Part shown: in pieces, positions 8,891 to 17,155 of the stretch | Numbering within the stretch: the stretch's first letter is position 1 | How the letters are laid out: every line of letters begins with the position of its first letter | Source: Candidatus Aminicenantes bacterium | GTDB lineage: Bacteria > Acidobacteriota > Aminicenantia > Aminicenantales > Aminicenantaceae | Direction: 5' to 3' | Assembly (NCBI GenBank): GCA_050115915.1 | Contig: JASFPP010000001.1 | Location: forward strand, 3,116 to 67,115 | Length of the DNA: 64,000 nt | Program-made: the position numbers and the translations under genes | Notes under the pieces: generated by a model | What the model was told of the DNA's origin: nothing | What the model saw: the letters and a program-made list of their open reading frames with translations, nothing else | Databases searched by the model: none

Positions 8891-9679
8891 TCAGGCCGTG
8901 CGTTTCACGTTTGATTTTGTGTAGCGTTTTTTGAACAGCAGGGCCATGACGAGTGTATCGAGCAGGATTAAAAAGTTCAGTTTGGTTTTCCCCCGGGTCC
9001 GGTCGATAAACTCGATGGGAACTTCTTTGATCGTGAAGTCCAGGAGGTGGGCTTTGTACAGGATCTCGAGCACAATGGAGGGATTTACGGATATGAGGTC
9101 ATCCAGGTCGATCTCCTCGAGGACCTTTCGTTTGAAACATCGAAAGCCCGAGGAGACATCGCGCACGGGAATGCGGAATTTGCGCCGGATGAAGCTGCGT
9201 ACAAAAAACGTGATGATCCGCCGCACTAGATTCCTGTCCTCATCCTTCCCGCCTTTGACAAACCTGGAGCCGATGACGAGGTCGTAATCCTTGCATGCCT
9301 CGAGGAGCGAAGGAATGTGTTTGGGCTGATGGGAGAGATCCCCATCCATTTCGACGACAAAATCAGGCCTGAGCTTGAGTGCTTCTTTGAATCCGTCGAT
9401 GCCGCCGGCCCCCCGGCCCTTGCGTTTTTTACGGATGAGGGCGTGGATTCTGTTGTCTGTCTCCCCCATCTTCCGGACGATTTCACCGGTTCCATCAGGA
9501 GAGTTGTCATCGGCGACCACAACAGAGAGATCCACCTCAACATCGAGCGCCAGAATCTCTTCGATGAGATCCTCGATATTCTCCCCTTCGTTATACGTTG
9601 GGATCATCACAACGGCTTTTCTTTTGAGTGAGTCTTCCATCGGACGGTCAGATGAGTTTTTGGATCTCTTCAAAGACAT
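8891..9679 (-). CDS. GT2 polyprenol-phosphate mannosyl/glycosyltransferase (DPM1-like)
   Basis: VVMIPTYNEGENI, ADDNSPDGT and EMDGDLSHQP motifs. An alternative ATG at 9640 (MEDSLKRKAVV) would remove the 32-nt overlap with the GT9 gene. Confidence 0.85.
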   Translation of the reverse strand: MSLKRSKNSSDRPMEDSLKRKAVVMIPTYNEGENIEDLIEEILALDVEVDLSVVVADDNSPDGTGEIVRKMGETDNRIHALIRKKRKGRGAGGIDGFKEALKLRPDFVVEMDGDLSHQPKHIPSLLEACKDYDLVIGSRFVKGGKDEDRNLVRRIITFFVRSFIRRKFRIPVRDVSSGFRCFKRKVLEEIDLDDLISVNPSIVLEILYKAHLLDFTIKEVPIEFIDRTRGKTKLNFLILLDTLVMALLFKKRYTKSNVKRTA

Positions 9680-10742
9680 GCTTTGGAGTGGTGGCCTCCA
9701 TACACTTCATGTCGTCACACGTCTGTTTGTAACACGGAGAGCAGTCCACTCCCGCATAAAGCTTGACTCCCCGGTCGTAGAGGTCGATCTCCTGCGGGCA
9801 GGTCGGCCCGAAGAGGGCGACGATTGTCTTCTCCTGGGCGATGGCCAGATGCATCCCCAGTGTATCCGAAGTAACGACTATGTCCATAAACGATAAAAAA
9901 CCAGCGAACTCGAGAAGAGAGTTGTCGGTCCCTGTGTTGTAGATCTTGTGTTTTGAGTTTTTTTCGATGAATTGGTTCAATTCTCTTTCTCTTTGTCCAC
10001 CCAACAGGAAAATATTGGCTTCGACGTTCTCGCTTAAATAATCGACCAGTGTTAAGTAGTTCAGAGGCGGCCACTGTTTGGTCTCGAACTTCACTCCCGC
10101 ACCCGTATTGAATCCTATGGCCACTCGTCCCTCGGAGATGTCATGCTTTTTAAAAAAATCTCTGGCTCTCGTTTTATGGGAATCCTCGATTGCGAACACA
10201 TAGGGGTCTCTTTTGTATTCGATCTCCGCAGTTTTAGCGATGATCTCCTGGTAGGTCATCGTGTTCTCTTTGAACTTGAGGTCGTCATCGATGCCCAGTT
10301 GATAGGCATATTCCGCCTCTGCATTAAGTGGAATAAGATTTCCCTGGGCATTCATCCCGAATCCGAATTTGTGCGGGCATTTGATAAGGGAGGCTACGGA
10401 GGTAGACGGAGGTTCCTTGTCGAGGGAGATGAGGACTTCGAACTCTTCGACAAGCAGCGGTATAATCGACTCCAGATTGTAGGACAACACCCTGTCGATA
10501 AAGGGATTGTTAAGCAAAAGATCCACACTTTCCTCATCCACAAGCCAGGAGATGTGGCTCTCGGGATATTTCCTCTTTACTCCATGGAGCAGAGCTGTTG
10601 TCCGCAGGACATCCCCCTGCGCCCGGCATTTGATGATCAGAATTTTTTTGGGGAAAGGTGTGTAGTGTGAGCATCCATCACAGAGAATCTTGAATTTACA
10701 GGGTTTGTCTCCTTTAAAGTATAAACAGTCGGCTTTGATCAC
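9648..10742 (-). CDS. Glycosyltransferase family 9 (heptosyltransferase-like) with extra N- and C-terminal Cys clusters
   Basis: 364 aa. GT9 signatures ILIIKCRAQGDVLRTTALL and VTSDTLGMHLAIA. Cys clusters DCLYFKGDKPCKFKILCDGCSHY and DCSPCYKQTCDDMKC. Confidence 0.85.
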   Translation of the reverse strand: MIKADCLYFKGDKPCKFKILCDGCSHYTPFPKKILIIKCRAQGDVLRTTALLHGVKRKYPESHISWLVDEESVDLLLNNPFIDRVLSYNLESIIPLLVEEFEVLISLDKEPPSTSVASLIKCPHKFGFGMNAQGNLIPLNAEAEYAYQLGIDDDLKFKENTMTYQEIIAKTAEIEYKRDPYVFAIEDSHKTRARDFFKKHDISEGRVAIGFNTGAGVKFETKQWPPLNYLTLVDYLSENVEANIFLLGGQRERELNQFIEKNSKHKIYNTGTDNSLLEFAGFLSFMDIVVTSDTLGMHLAIAQEKTIVALFGPTCPQEIDLYDRGVKLYAGVDCSPCYKQTCDDMKCMEATTPKHVFEEIQKLI

Positions 10743-10832
10743 GTTTTTTCCTTGGGGTTATATTTGATTCCTATTTATGCCACAAATCCACCGTAAAAAC
10801 AACTCTCCATCGACCAAGGGAAAGTTATCCCT

Positions 10833-11522
10833 TTATCGCAATTTGGGATTTTGAGGGATTGGTTTTTTATGATTTTCAGGAGCTTTGATACAGGTATAAG
10901 CGATATGGGGATACCAGTAGCCCGAATGTTGGGGTATAGGCTCAACGGAAAAGCCGATACTTTGAAGCATGTCCAGATACTCTTTCTGGCTCCGGAAATA
11001 AAATCGTTCGCCCAGTGTGAAGCCGATCAGTTTGACGGCCAGAGTTTCCTGGAAGAGATTCCAGGCGTATTTCCACCGCGGCCTGGTGTCCATTTCTTTG
11101 ATGATAAGGATTCCTCCAGGCAGCAGGGATTGATAACATTTCCGGATGATGAGCTCATGTTTGTCATAGGGGATTAAATAGAGGACGTCGACGAGTGTGA
11201 AAACGTCCCCTTGGGGATAATCCGCCTCGACGACGTTGCCGATTTTATAGGTAATTTGGCCGGCATTGGTTTTTGTTGCGTTAGCGATTTCGATCTTTTT
11301 TTCGTCCAGGTCAAGCCCGATGATCTCTCTTTCAGGCGATCCCAAGCTCAAGATGTTGGGAAAAAGCCCATTGCCGCAGCCCAAGTCGACGATCGTTCCC
11401 TCTTTGGGAAAAAGTCCCTCTAGCTGGAGAAGAGGACAGATCTTCAGCTTGATCTTGAGATAGGCCCGGGTGATGGATCCAGCCTTGCTGTAGTGTTCGA
11501 ACAGCTCTTTTTTATCGATCAT
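10833..11522 (-). CDS. Class I SAM-dependent methyltransferase
   Basis: 229 aa. Motif I is IVDLGCGNGLF. Confidence 0.8.
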   Translation of the reverse strand: MIDKKELFEHYSKAGSITRAYLKIKLKICPLLQLEGLFPKEGTIVDLGCGNGLFPNILSLGSPEREIIGLDLDEKKIEIANATKTNAGQITYKIGNVVEADYPQGDVFTLVDVLYLIPYDKHELIIRKCYQSLLPGGILIIKEMDTRPRWKYAWNLFQETLAVKLIGFTLGERFYFRSQKEYLDMLQSIGFSVEPIPQHSGYWYPHIAYTCIKAPENHKKPIPQNPKLR

Positions 11523-11628
11523 GAGACGATTTTTGGTGAGACTCTTAGGTCGTTTATTGGAAGTTTTTGGAAGCGCATCCTTGACTGCTCAATGTTTGCA
11601 CAGTAAATGTTCATGGTTGATTAATCCC

Positions 11629-13515
11629 TCAATCCATGTAGCGGTTGTACCAGAACTGGAAAATGACAAGCGGCCACAACAACTGCCGGTGGTTGTGTGC
11701 GCCCTGGAGGTGCTCTCCCAGGATTCTTTCGATGGCAGCCGGATTGAAAAATCTGTGCTTGTTTAAATTTTCCGGGGAAAGGACATCCGTGACAAAATCC
11801 TTGAGTTCCTTCCTGATCCAGATGCCCAGGGGAATATCGAAACCGATCTTTTTTCGTGTCAAAATTTCGGGCGGAAGATAGGGGGCCATCGCTTTTTTCA
11901 GGATGTGTTTGGTCGTCAGCCCCTTGAGTTTCAAAGAACTGGGGATGGCCCTGGCATATTCGACGAACGTGTGGTCGAGGAAGGGCACGCGGATCTCCAG
12001 GGAGTTGGCCATGCTCATTCTGTCCGTTTTAACGAGGAGGTCGTCCTGGAGGTAGAGCTTGAGGTCCAGATACCCGATCCGGCTCACAGTGTCATTTGCC
12101 GAACAGTTGTCGAGATGGAAGGAGATGGGAGCGAATACGTCCTGGCTCAATTTTTCATGGACATCGGCCGCAAACAGTTTTTCCCTCTCCGAGGGTCCAT
12201 AAGCCCCCCACCAGATGAAGTTTGCAATTTCAGGAGGATAGTCGATACCCGATATGAATTTTTTAGCTTTGAATTCAAAGCTGAGCCTTTTTCTCGAAGC
12301 AGGAAGGATCTTGACGATGTTTTTAACGAGTCCGTCTCTTATGAACTTCGGCACTTTTCTGTAGAGCCGCGCCACCTGATAGGCTTTGTAGGTGTCATAC
12401 CCGGCGAAGAGCTCGTCCCCACCCTCACCAGCCAGCGCGACTGTGACATACTGACGGGCCAGTTTCGAGATCAAATAAGTGGGGATGACCGATGCATCGG
12501 CCAGCGGCTCATCCATATATTCGATCAGCTTGGGAACCAGTTTTCTCACGAGATTCGACTCCACGACAAATTCCTGGTGGTCGGTCTGGAAGCGGTCGGC
12601 CACGATCTTGGCGTATCCCAGCTCGTTAAACGTCTCCTCTTTGAAGCCAATGGAAAAGGTTTTAATCCTCGTATCCGCCACCTCGCTCATGAGCGCTGTA
12701 ATGGAGCTCGAATCCATCCCCCCGCTCAGGAAAACTCCCAGAGGCACATCGCTGATGAGTCGTCTCTTCACCGATCCTTTCAGCCGCGTGTAGATCTCCT
12801 CCATTATCACGGTTTCGTTTTTTGAGGAACCTAAACCATTGCCCTGTTGGATATCCCAGTATTGTTTGATCTGGACCATTCGATCGTTGACGATCATCAT
12901 ATGTCCTGGCAAGAGTTTTTTTATTCCCTTGAAAATCGTCTGGGGGGCAGGAATGTACTCGAAGCTGAAGAATCGCGACATCCCGTCAAAATCCAGTTCC
13001 CGGGGATAACCGGCCTCGAGGATGGATTTGATCTCGGAGGAAAAAACCAGGGAGTTGTCCGACTGCCAGTAGTGGAGCGGTTTTATCCCCAGCCTGTCCC
13101 TTACGAGAATGAGTGTGTTCGTTTTAAGATTCCAGAGAGCAATGGCGAACATGCCGTTCAACCGGGAGATAAAACTCTCCCCTTCCTCTTCGTAGAGATG
13201 GACGATCACTTCTGTGTCGGACTTTGTGGCGAAAGAGTGCCCCTTCTGGATGAGCTCTTCCCGTAATTCAGGAAAATTGTAGATCTCCCCATTATAGACC
13301 ACCCAGACGCTTTTATCCTCGTTCGCAATGGGCTGGTGTCCTGTAACAAGATCGATGATACTCAGGCGCCGCATCCCTAGAGCGACTTTGTTATCTCTGT
13401 AGTAGCCCTCATCGTCCGGACCACGGTGCGTCATCACAGCGCACATCTTTTTTGTCGTGTCCTCTGCTTCAGGACCCAGGCCGTTGAATCCATAAACGCC
13501 GCAGATGCCGCACAT
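11629..13515 (-). CDS. asnB: Asparagine synthase (glutamine-hydrolysing) family amidotransferase
   Basis: 628 aa. N-terminal nucleophile MCGICGVYG and PP-loop SGGMDSS. Confidence 0.9.
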   Translation of the reverse strand: MCGICGVYGFNGLGPEAEDTTKKMCAVMTHRGPDDEGYYRDNKVALGMRRLSIIDLVTGHQPIANEDKSVWVVYNGEIYNFPELREELIQKGHSFATKSDTEVIVHLYEEEGESFISRLNGMFAIALWNLKTNTLILVRDRLGIKPLHYWQSDNSLVFSSEIKSILEAGYPRELDFDGMSRFFSFEYIPAPQTIFKGIKKLLPGHMMIVNDRMVQIKQYWDIQQGNGLGSSKNETVIMEEIYTRLKGSVKRRLISDVPLGVFLSGGMDSSSITALMSEVADTRIKTFSIGFKEETFNELGYAKIVADRFQTDHQEFVVESNLVRKLVPKLIEYMDEPLADASVIPTYLISKLARQYVTVALAGEGGDELFAGYDTYKAYQVARLYRKVPKFIRDGLVKNIVKILPASRKRLSFEFKAKKFISGIDYPPEIANFIWWGAYGPSEREKLFAADVHEKLSQDVFAPISFHLDNCSANDTVSRIGYLDLKLYLQDDLLVKTDRMSMANSLEIRVPFLDHTFVEYARAIPSSLKLKGLTTKHILKKAMAPYLPPEILTRKKIGFDIPLGIWIRKELKDFVTDVLSPENLNKHRFFNPAAIERILGEHLQGAHNHRQLLWPLVIFQFWYNRYMD

Positions 13516-13590
13516 CGTCTTCCTCTGGTTCCCTAATGTATCTGAACACCGTTAGAATATCAATCCCCAACTCGGAGAGCGGAATTTCTG

Positions 13591-13801
13591 AAACTGTGAC
13601 GGTGATGAATCGCGTCGCGCTTTTGGAAGTTCCAATTGTGTGGTGGAGAAAACCGTATGGAGGGCCGGACGGGCATGGTACATCTCCCCAAGGGAGATGT
13701 GAGGGAGGCCCGGAATCGAGTGAAATTTCCTCGCTGGGGAAATTGAACGTGTTTTCGAAATCAACAATTGGAGCTTTCGGAAAGTCATTCATCACAGTTT
13801 T
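13591..13801 (+). repeat. T1 structured intergenic repeat, copy B (about 211 bp), oriented toward the B12-radical SAM gene
   Basis: Termini AAACTGTGAcggtgATGAAT (13591-) and ATTCATCACAGTTTT (-13801) are inverted repeats with a 5-nt bulge. Core 22-mer at 13635-13656. Perfect 9-bp hairpin ACATCTCCC-caa-GGGAGATGT at 13680-13700. Blocks shared with copies A and D. Confidence 0.8.
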
Positions 13802-13849
13802 GGAAAAGTTAGAGACGCGGAAGGAAAACGTGTGCGGGACATTGAGGTG

Positions 13850-13858
13850 TGGTATAAT
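13850..13858 (+). promoter_or_regulatory. Extended -10 box TGGTATAAT upstream of the B12-radical SAM operon
   Basis: TGnTATAAT match exactly 48 nt after the T1-B terminus, the same spacing as at T1-A. It lies 29 nt upstream of the TTG start at 13888. Confidence 0.45.
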
Positions 13859-13887
13859 TTGAGCCAAATTTTAAACGGACTGTTATT

Positions 13888-15276
13888 TTGAACGCAAACG
13901 AAGTCATCCTGCTCAACCCGCCGGGGGATAAACTCTACATCAGGGACTATTACTGCAGCTTTTCCTCCAAGGCCAACTACTACTGGCCGCCCCAGGACCT
14001 CATCTACCTCAGCGGAATTCTGGATGGAGAGTATAACGTCCGAGTGATCGATGCTATTATCAATAAAATGTCGGAGGAAGCTGTATTCAATGAGATCGTG
14101 GAATCCAGCGCCCGGGCTTTGATTTTCACAACCGGGACGGCAACGATGCAATCGGACCTCCGGTTGATGGAGCGGATCAAAGCCAAGACCGGTATAAAAA
14201 TTGTGGCCAGTGCTGGGATTTTGCCTTTTGTCGGGGAAGATCTTCTCGAGCGGCATCCCTATGTGGATGCCGTCATTCTGGATTTCACGAGCCCGAATAT
14301 TCGTGTTTTTCTCAAAGAAAACGGACAGATGGATTCACCTCTCCTGGGGCTTATCACAAGGAAAAATGGACAGTTTCTGAAGAGCACAGAGATGCCGCCG
14401 CGGACTTATGCTGTGCCTGTCCCCCGCCACGACCTCTTCGATTTTAAAAAATACCGGATCCCGATCGCCCGGAGATTCCCGTTCACTGTTGTTGTGACGT
14501 CGCTCGGCTGCCCTCACAGCTGCGGATTCTGCACGGCTGGTGCTTACGGTTACAGAACGAGGGATGTGGATGGAGTGATCGAAGAGCTTCGTTTGCTGAC
14601 TCGACTGGGTGTCAAGGAGATCCTATTCCAGGATCCCACGTTCACAATCAACACAAACCGTGTGGTCGAGATCTGCAGCAAAATGGTCGAAAACGCGTTC
14701 GATTTTACATGGAGCTGCAACGCCCACATCAAATCTTTCAACGAGGATAAGATCAAACACATGAAGGCAGCGGGATGCCATACGGTGTCGTTGGGCATCG
14801 AGAGCGGGAGCGATGAAATCCTCGAGAAGTATTCCAAAAAGATCACGACAGACGAGATTAAGAGTACGATTCGCATGCTGAACGCTTATAAGATCCATGT
14901 GCTGGGCTATTTTATCATCGGGCTTCCGGGGGATGACGAGGAATCCATCCGGAAGACGATCGATCTGGCCAAGGAGCTGGATATCGATTTTGCTTCATTT
15001 GCCATCGCTACTCCGGATGTGGGCACTCCACTGAGAGAAGAGGCCCTCCAGAAAGGATGGATGCGTCCCGAGGAGGATGTGTTCGACAGCACGGACTTCC
15101 CTGTGCTTGAGGCCGGAACTCTGTCGAAGGAGGAGGTCTGGAAGCTCAGAAACCAGGCAGTCCGGGAGTTTTACCTCAGGCCTTCTTATCTGTTCAAGAT
15201 GATCCGCCAGATCCGGAGTTTGCGCGATATCCAGGTGGCCGTCTCGAACGCCCTATCGCTTTTCCGAAAATCATGA
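13888..15276 (+). CDS. B12-binding-domain radical SAM enzyme (class B; HpnJ-like size and architecture)
   Basis: 462 aa. The N-terminal VILLNPPG.. region looks like a cobalamin-binding domain. CxxxCxxC motif in SLGCPHSCGFCTAG. TTG start. Confidence 0.85.
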   Translation: MNANEVILLNPPGDKLYIRDYYCSFSSKANYYWPPQDLIYLSGILDGEYNVRVIDAIINKMSEEAVFNEIVESSARALIFTTGTATMQSDLRLMERIKAKTGIKIVASAGILPFVGEDLLERHPYVDAVILDFTSPNIRVFLKENGQMDSPLLGLITRKNGQFLKSTEMPPRTYAVPVPRHDLFDFKKYRIPIARRFPFTVVVTSLGCPHSCGFCTAGAYGYRTRDVDGVIEELRLLTRLGVKEILFQDPTFTINTNRVVEICSKMVENAFDFTWSCNAHIKSFNEDKIKHMKAAGCHTVSLGIESGSDEILEKYSKKITTDEIKSTIRMLNAYKIHVLGYFIIGLPGDDEESIRKTIDLAKELDIDFASFAIATPDVGTPLREEALQKGWMRPEEDVFDSTDFPVLEAGTLSKEEVWKLRNQAVREFYLRPSYLFKMIRQIRSLRDIQVAVSNALSLFRKS

Positions 15277-16121
15277 AAAAAGTCATAATCAATGCCGATG
15301 ACTTCGGACTTGTCCAGGGAGTGAACGAGGGAATAATCAAAGCCCATAAAGAGGGCATCCTGACAAGCACAACACTTATGGCCAACATGCCGGGATTCGA
15401 TCAAGCCGTTGAATTGGCGGGGGCCCATCCGAATTTAGGCGTGGGTGTCCATCTCAATATCCTGAGAGGACAGCCCCTCTCACCGGTCGAGAAAGTGGAG
15501 AGCCTTCTCTCCAAAGACAGATGTTTTGTTCCAAGTGTGCCGCACCTCCTCCGTCGAATCTTGCTTAAACGTATAGGCATCGATGAGGTCGAGCGGGAGT
15601 TCAGGGCACAAGTGGAGAAGGTGAAGAATACCGGTCTCTCCCCCAGCCACATCGATAGCGAGAAACACATCCATATGATCCGGCCACTTTTCCGGATTGT
15701 CCTGAAGATAGCAAAGGAGTACAGGATCAACAGGGTACGGTTTATCCAGGAATGCTGTCTCTTCTTACGGCCCGGACAGATGTTGAAATCGATGCTCATC
15801 TCCCTGTCTTCAGCCTCCTTGAAAAAGAGGATGACGAATGAGGGGGTCCGATCACCTGACAGGTTTTATGGCGTTTGCGACAGCGGCCGGATTACCGCCG
15901 CTAAACTTAAAAAGGTCCTTCACAGAGTGAAGGAGGGTGTTACGGAAATTATGGTTCATCCTGGATTTATCACACAAGACATGTTAGAGTTAGAAACGAG
16001 AATCGGGCCTTATTACATCAATAAATACAGAGAGAAAGAGTTGAGTGCATTGCTCGATGAACGTTTGCCAGATGTCATTGCTGATCTGGGGATTCGGTTG
16101 ATAAATTTTAGTCATTTATGA
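15273..16121 (+). CDS. YdjC/ChbG/HpnK-family carbohydrate de-N-acetylase
   Basis: 282 aa. The N-terminus MKKVIINADDFGLVQGVNEGIIKAHKEGILTSTTLMAN is the YdjC signature. The start overlaps the rSAM stop (ATGA). Confidence 0.85.
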   Translation: MKKVIINADDFGLVQGVNEGIIKAHKEGILTSTTLMANMPGFDQAVELAGAHPNLGVGVHLNILRGQPLSPVEKVESLLSKDRCFVPSVPHLLRRILLKRIGIDEVEREFRAQVEKVKNTGLSPSHIDSEKHIHMIRPLFRIVLKIAKEYRINRVRFIQECCLFLRPGQMLKSMLISLSSASLKKRMTNEGVRSPDRFYGVCDSGRITAAKLKKVLHRVKEGVTEIMVHPGFITQDMLELETRIGPYYINKYREKELSALLDERLPDVIADLGIRLINFSHL

Positions 16122-16136
16122 TCGGTCAAAGATCCT

Positions 16137-17129
16137 ATGGATGAAAAACATATAAATCCGCAGATTTCGATCGTTGTTCCGTTTTATAACGAAGAAGACA
16201 ACATCAAAGAGCTCTATGAACAACTCACCCGGGTGCTTGGAGTGTTGGGCGCGTCGTACGAGCTGATCTTTATCGATGATGGGAGCACGGACCGCAGTCA
16301 TGACATATTGATTAAATTGTTCGCATCGGATAAAACCGTCAAAGTCATCCGGTTGCGTAAAAACTTCGGTCAAACGGCCGCTCTTCAGGCCGGATTCGAC
16401 CATGCCAGGGGAAAGATCATTATATCTATGGACGGGGACCTGCAGCATGATCCCGCAGATATCCCTAAACTATTGGCTCCAATAAGTGAGGGATTCGACA
16501 TTGCCTCTGGATGGAGAAAAGAACGGAAGGATAATTTTCTCCTGAGACGTTTTCCCTCCTGGGTGGCGAACCGCATCATGCGCCTCCTCTCTGGAGTTAA
16601 AATCCACGATTTTGGCACAACCTTTAAGGCCTACAGGAGAGATGTCCTCGAGGGGATCCGGCTTTACGGAGAGCTTCACCGTTTTATCCCTGCCCTTATC
16701 AGCCGGACGGGCGTAAAGATCACAGAGGTTCCGATCAAGAATGTGGTCCGCCAGAAAGGGAGATCCAAGTACGGCCTTTCGCGTATCCGCAGAGTGCTCT
16801 TCGACCTGATAACGGTCAAATTCATCATCAGCTTCATCGATCGGCCGCTGCAGTTTTTCGGACTGATCGGTATGATCCTCGGAGGGATCGGATTCACCAT
16901 CGCTCTTATCCTGACAGTGGGGTTTTACTTTTTTGAGTGGTCGATCCGGGACAACCTGGGGAATTTAATACTTGGTGTGTTCCTGATGATCCTGGGGCTC
17001 CAGTTCGTAATGACCGGCCTGCTGGCAGAGATCATCTCGCGGATCTATTTCACCACACACGAGATGCGGATCTACTCTGTGGCGGAGTTGAAGTCCCACG
17101 AACCTCCCGGGAGTGAAGAAGGGAGCTGA
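16137..17129 (+). CDS. GT2 polyprenyl-phosphate glycosyltransferase (ArnC/GtrB-like, two C-terminal TM helices)
   Basis: 330 aa. ISIVVPFYNEEDNI, FIDDGSTD and DGDLQHDP motifs. C-terminal hydrophobic helices. Paralog of 24396-25385. Confidence 0.85.
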   Translation: MDEKHINPQISIVVPFYNEEDNIKELYEQLTRVLGVLGASYELIFIDDGSTDRSHDILIKLFASDKTVKVIRLRKNFGQTAALQAGFDHARGKIIISMDGDLQHDPADIPKLLAPISEGFDIASGWRKERKDNFLLRRFPSWVANRIMRLLSGVKIHDFGTTFKAYRRDVLEGIRLYGELHRFIPALISRTGVKITEVPIKNVVRQKGRSKYGLSRIRRVLFDLITVKFIISFIDRPLQFFGLIGMILGGIGFTIALILTVGFYFFEWSIRDNLGNLILGVFLMILGLQFVMTGLLAEIISRIYFTTHEMRIYSVAELKSHEPPGSEEGS

Positions 17130-17155
17130 CCCAGGCCCTGGAAGAGGATAGGCTG

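Noticed and set aside
13650-13745. A small ORF could be initiated by the conserved GGAGAAAACCGT-ATG inside T1-B (29 aa).
   Set aside because: Copy A has GTG two nucleotides earlier and a stop after 15 codons in a different frame. Copy D has no start at that position. There is no conserved peptide.
13591-13801. T1 could be a riboswitch, for example a cobalamin riboswitch, because copy B precedes a B12-dependent radical SAM gene.
   Set aside because: The same element precedes unrelated genes (the ATP synthase operon, an SGNH hydrolase, pgeF). No B12-box-like GCCACTG or any other known riboswitch core is visible. The best promoter candidates lie downstream of the element.
13469-13867. ORFs run through the T1 repeats: 13469-13867 (-), 13536-13862 (+), and 2891-3094 and 2680-3054 (+). 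Their translations look similar between copies (for example GFLHHT(M/I)G..SATR..VTV).
   Set aside because: The similarity follows from nucleotide identity. Indels of 2 and 6 nt between copies A and B break any common frame. ORFs starting at the shared ATGAAT read the conserved 22-mer in different frames in A and B. Copy C stops after 4 codons, and copy D has no long ORF. I treat these regions as non-coding.
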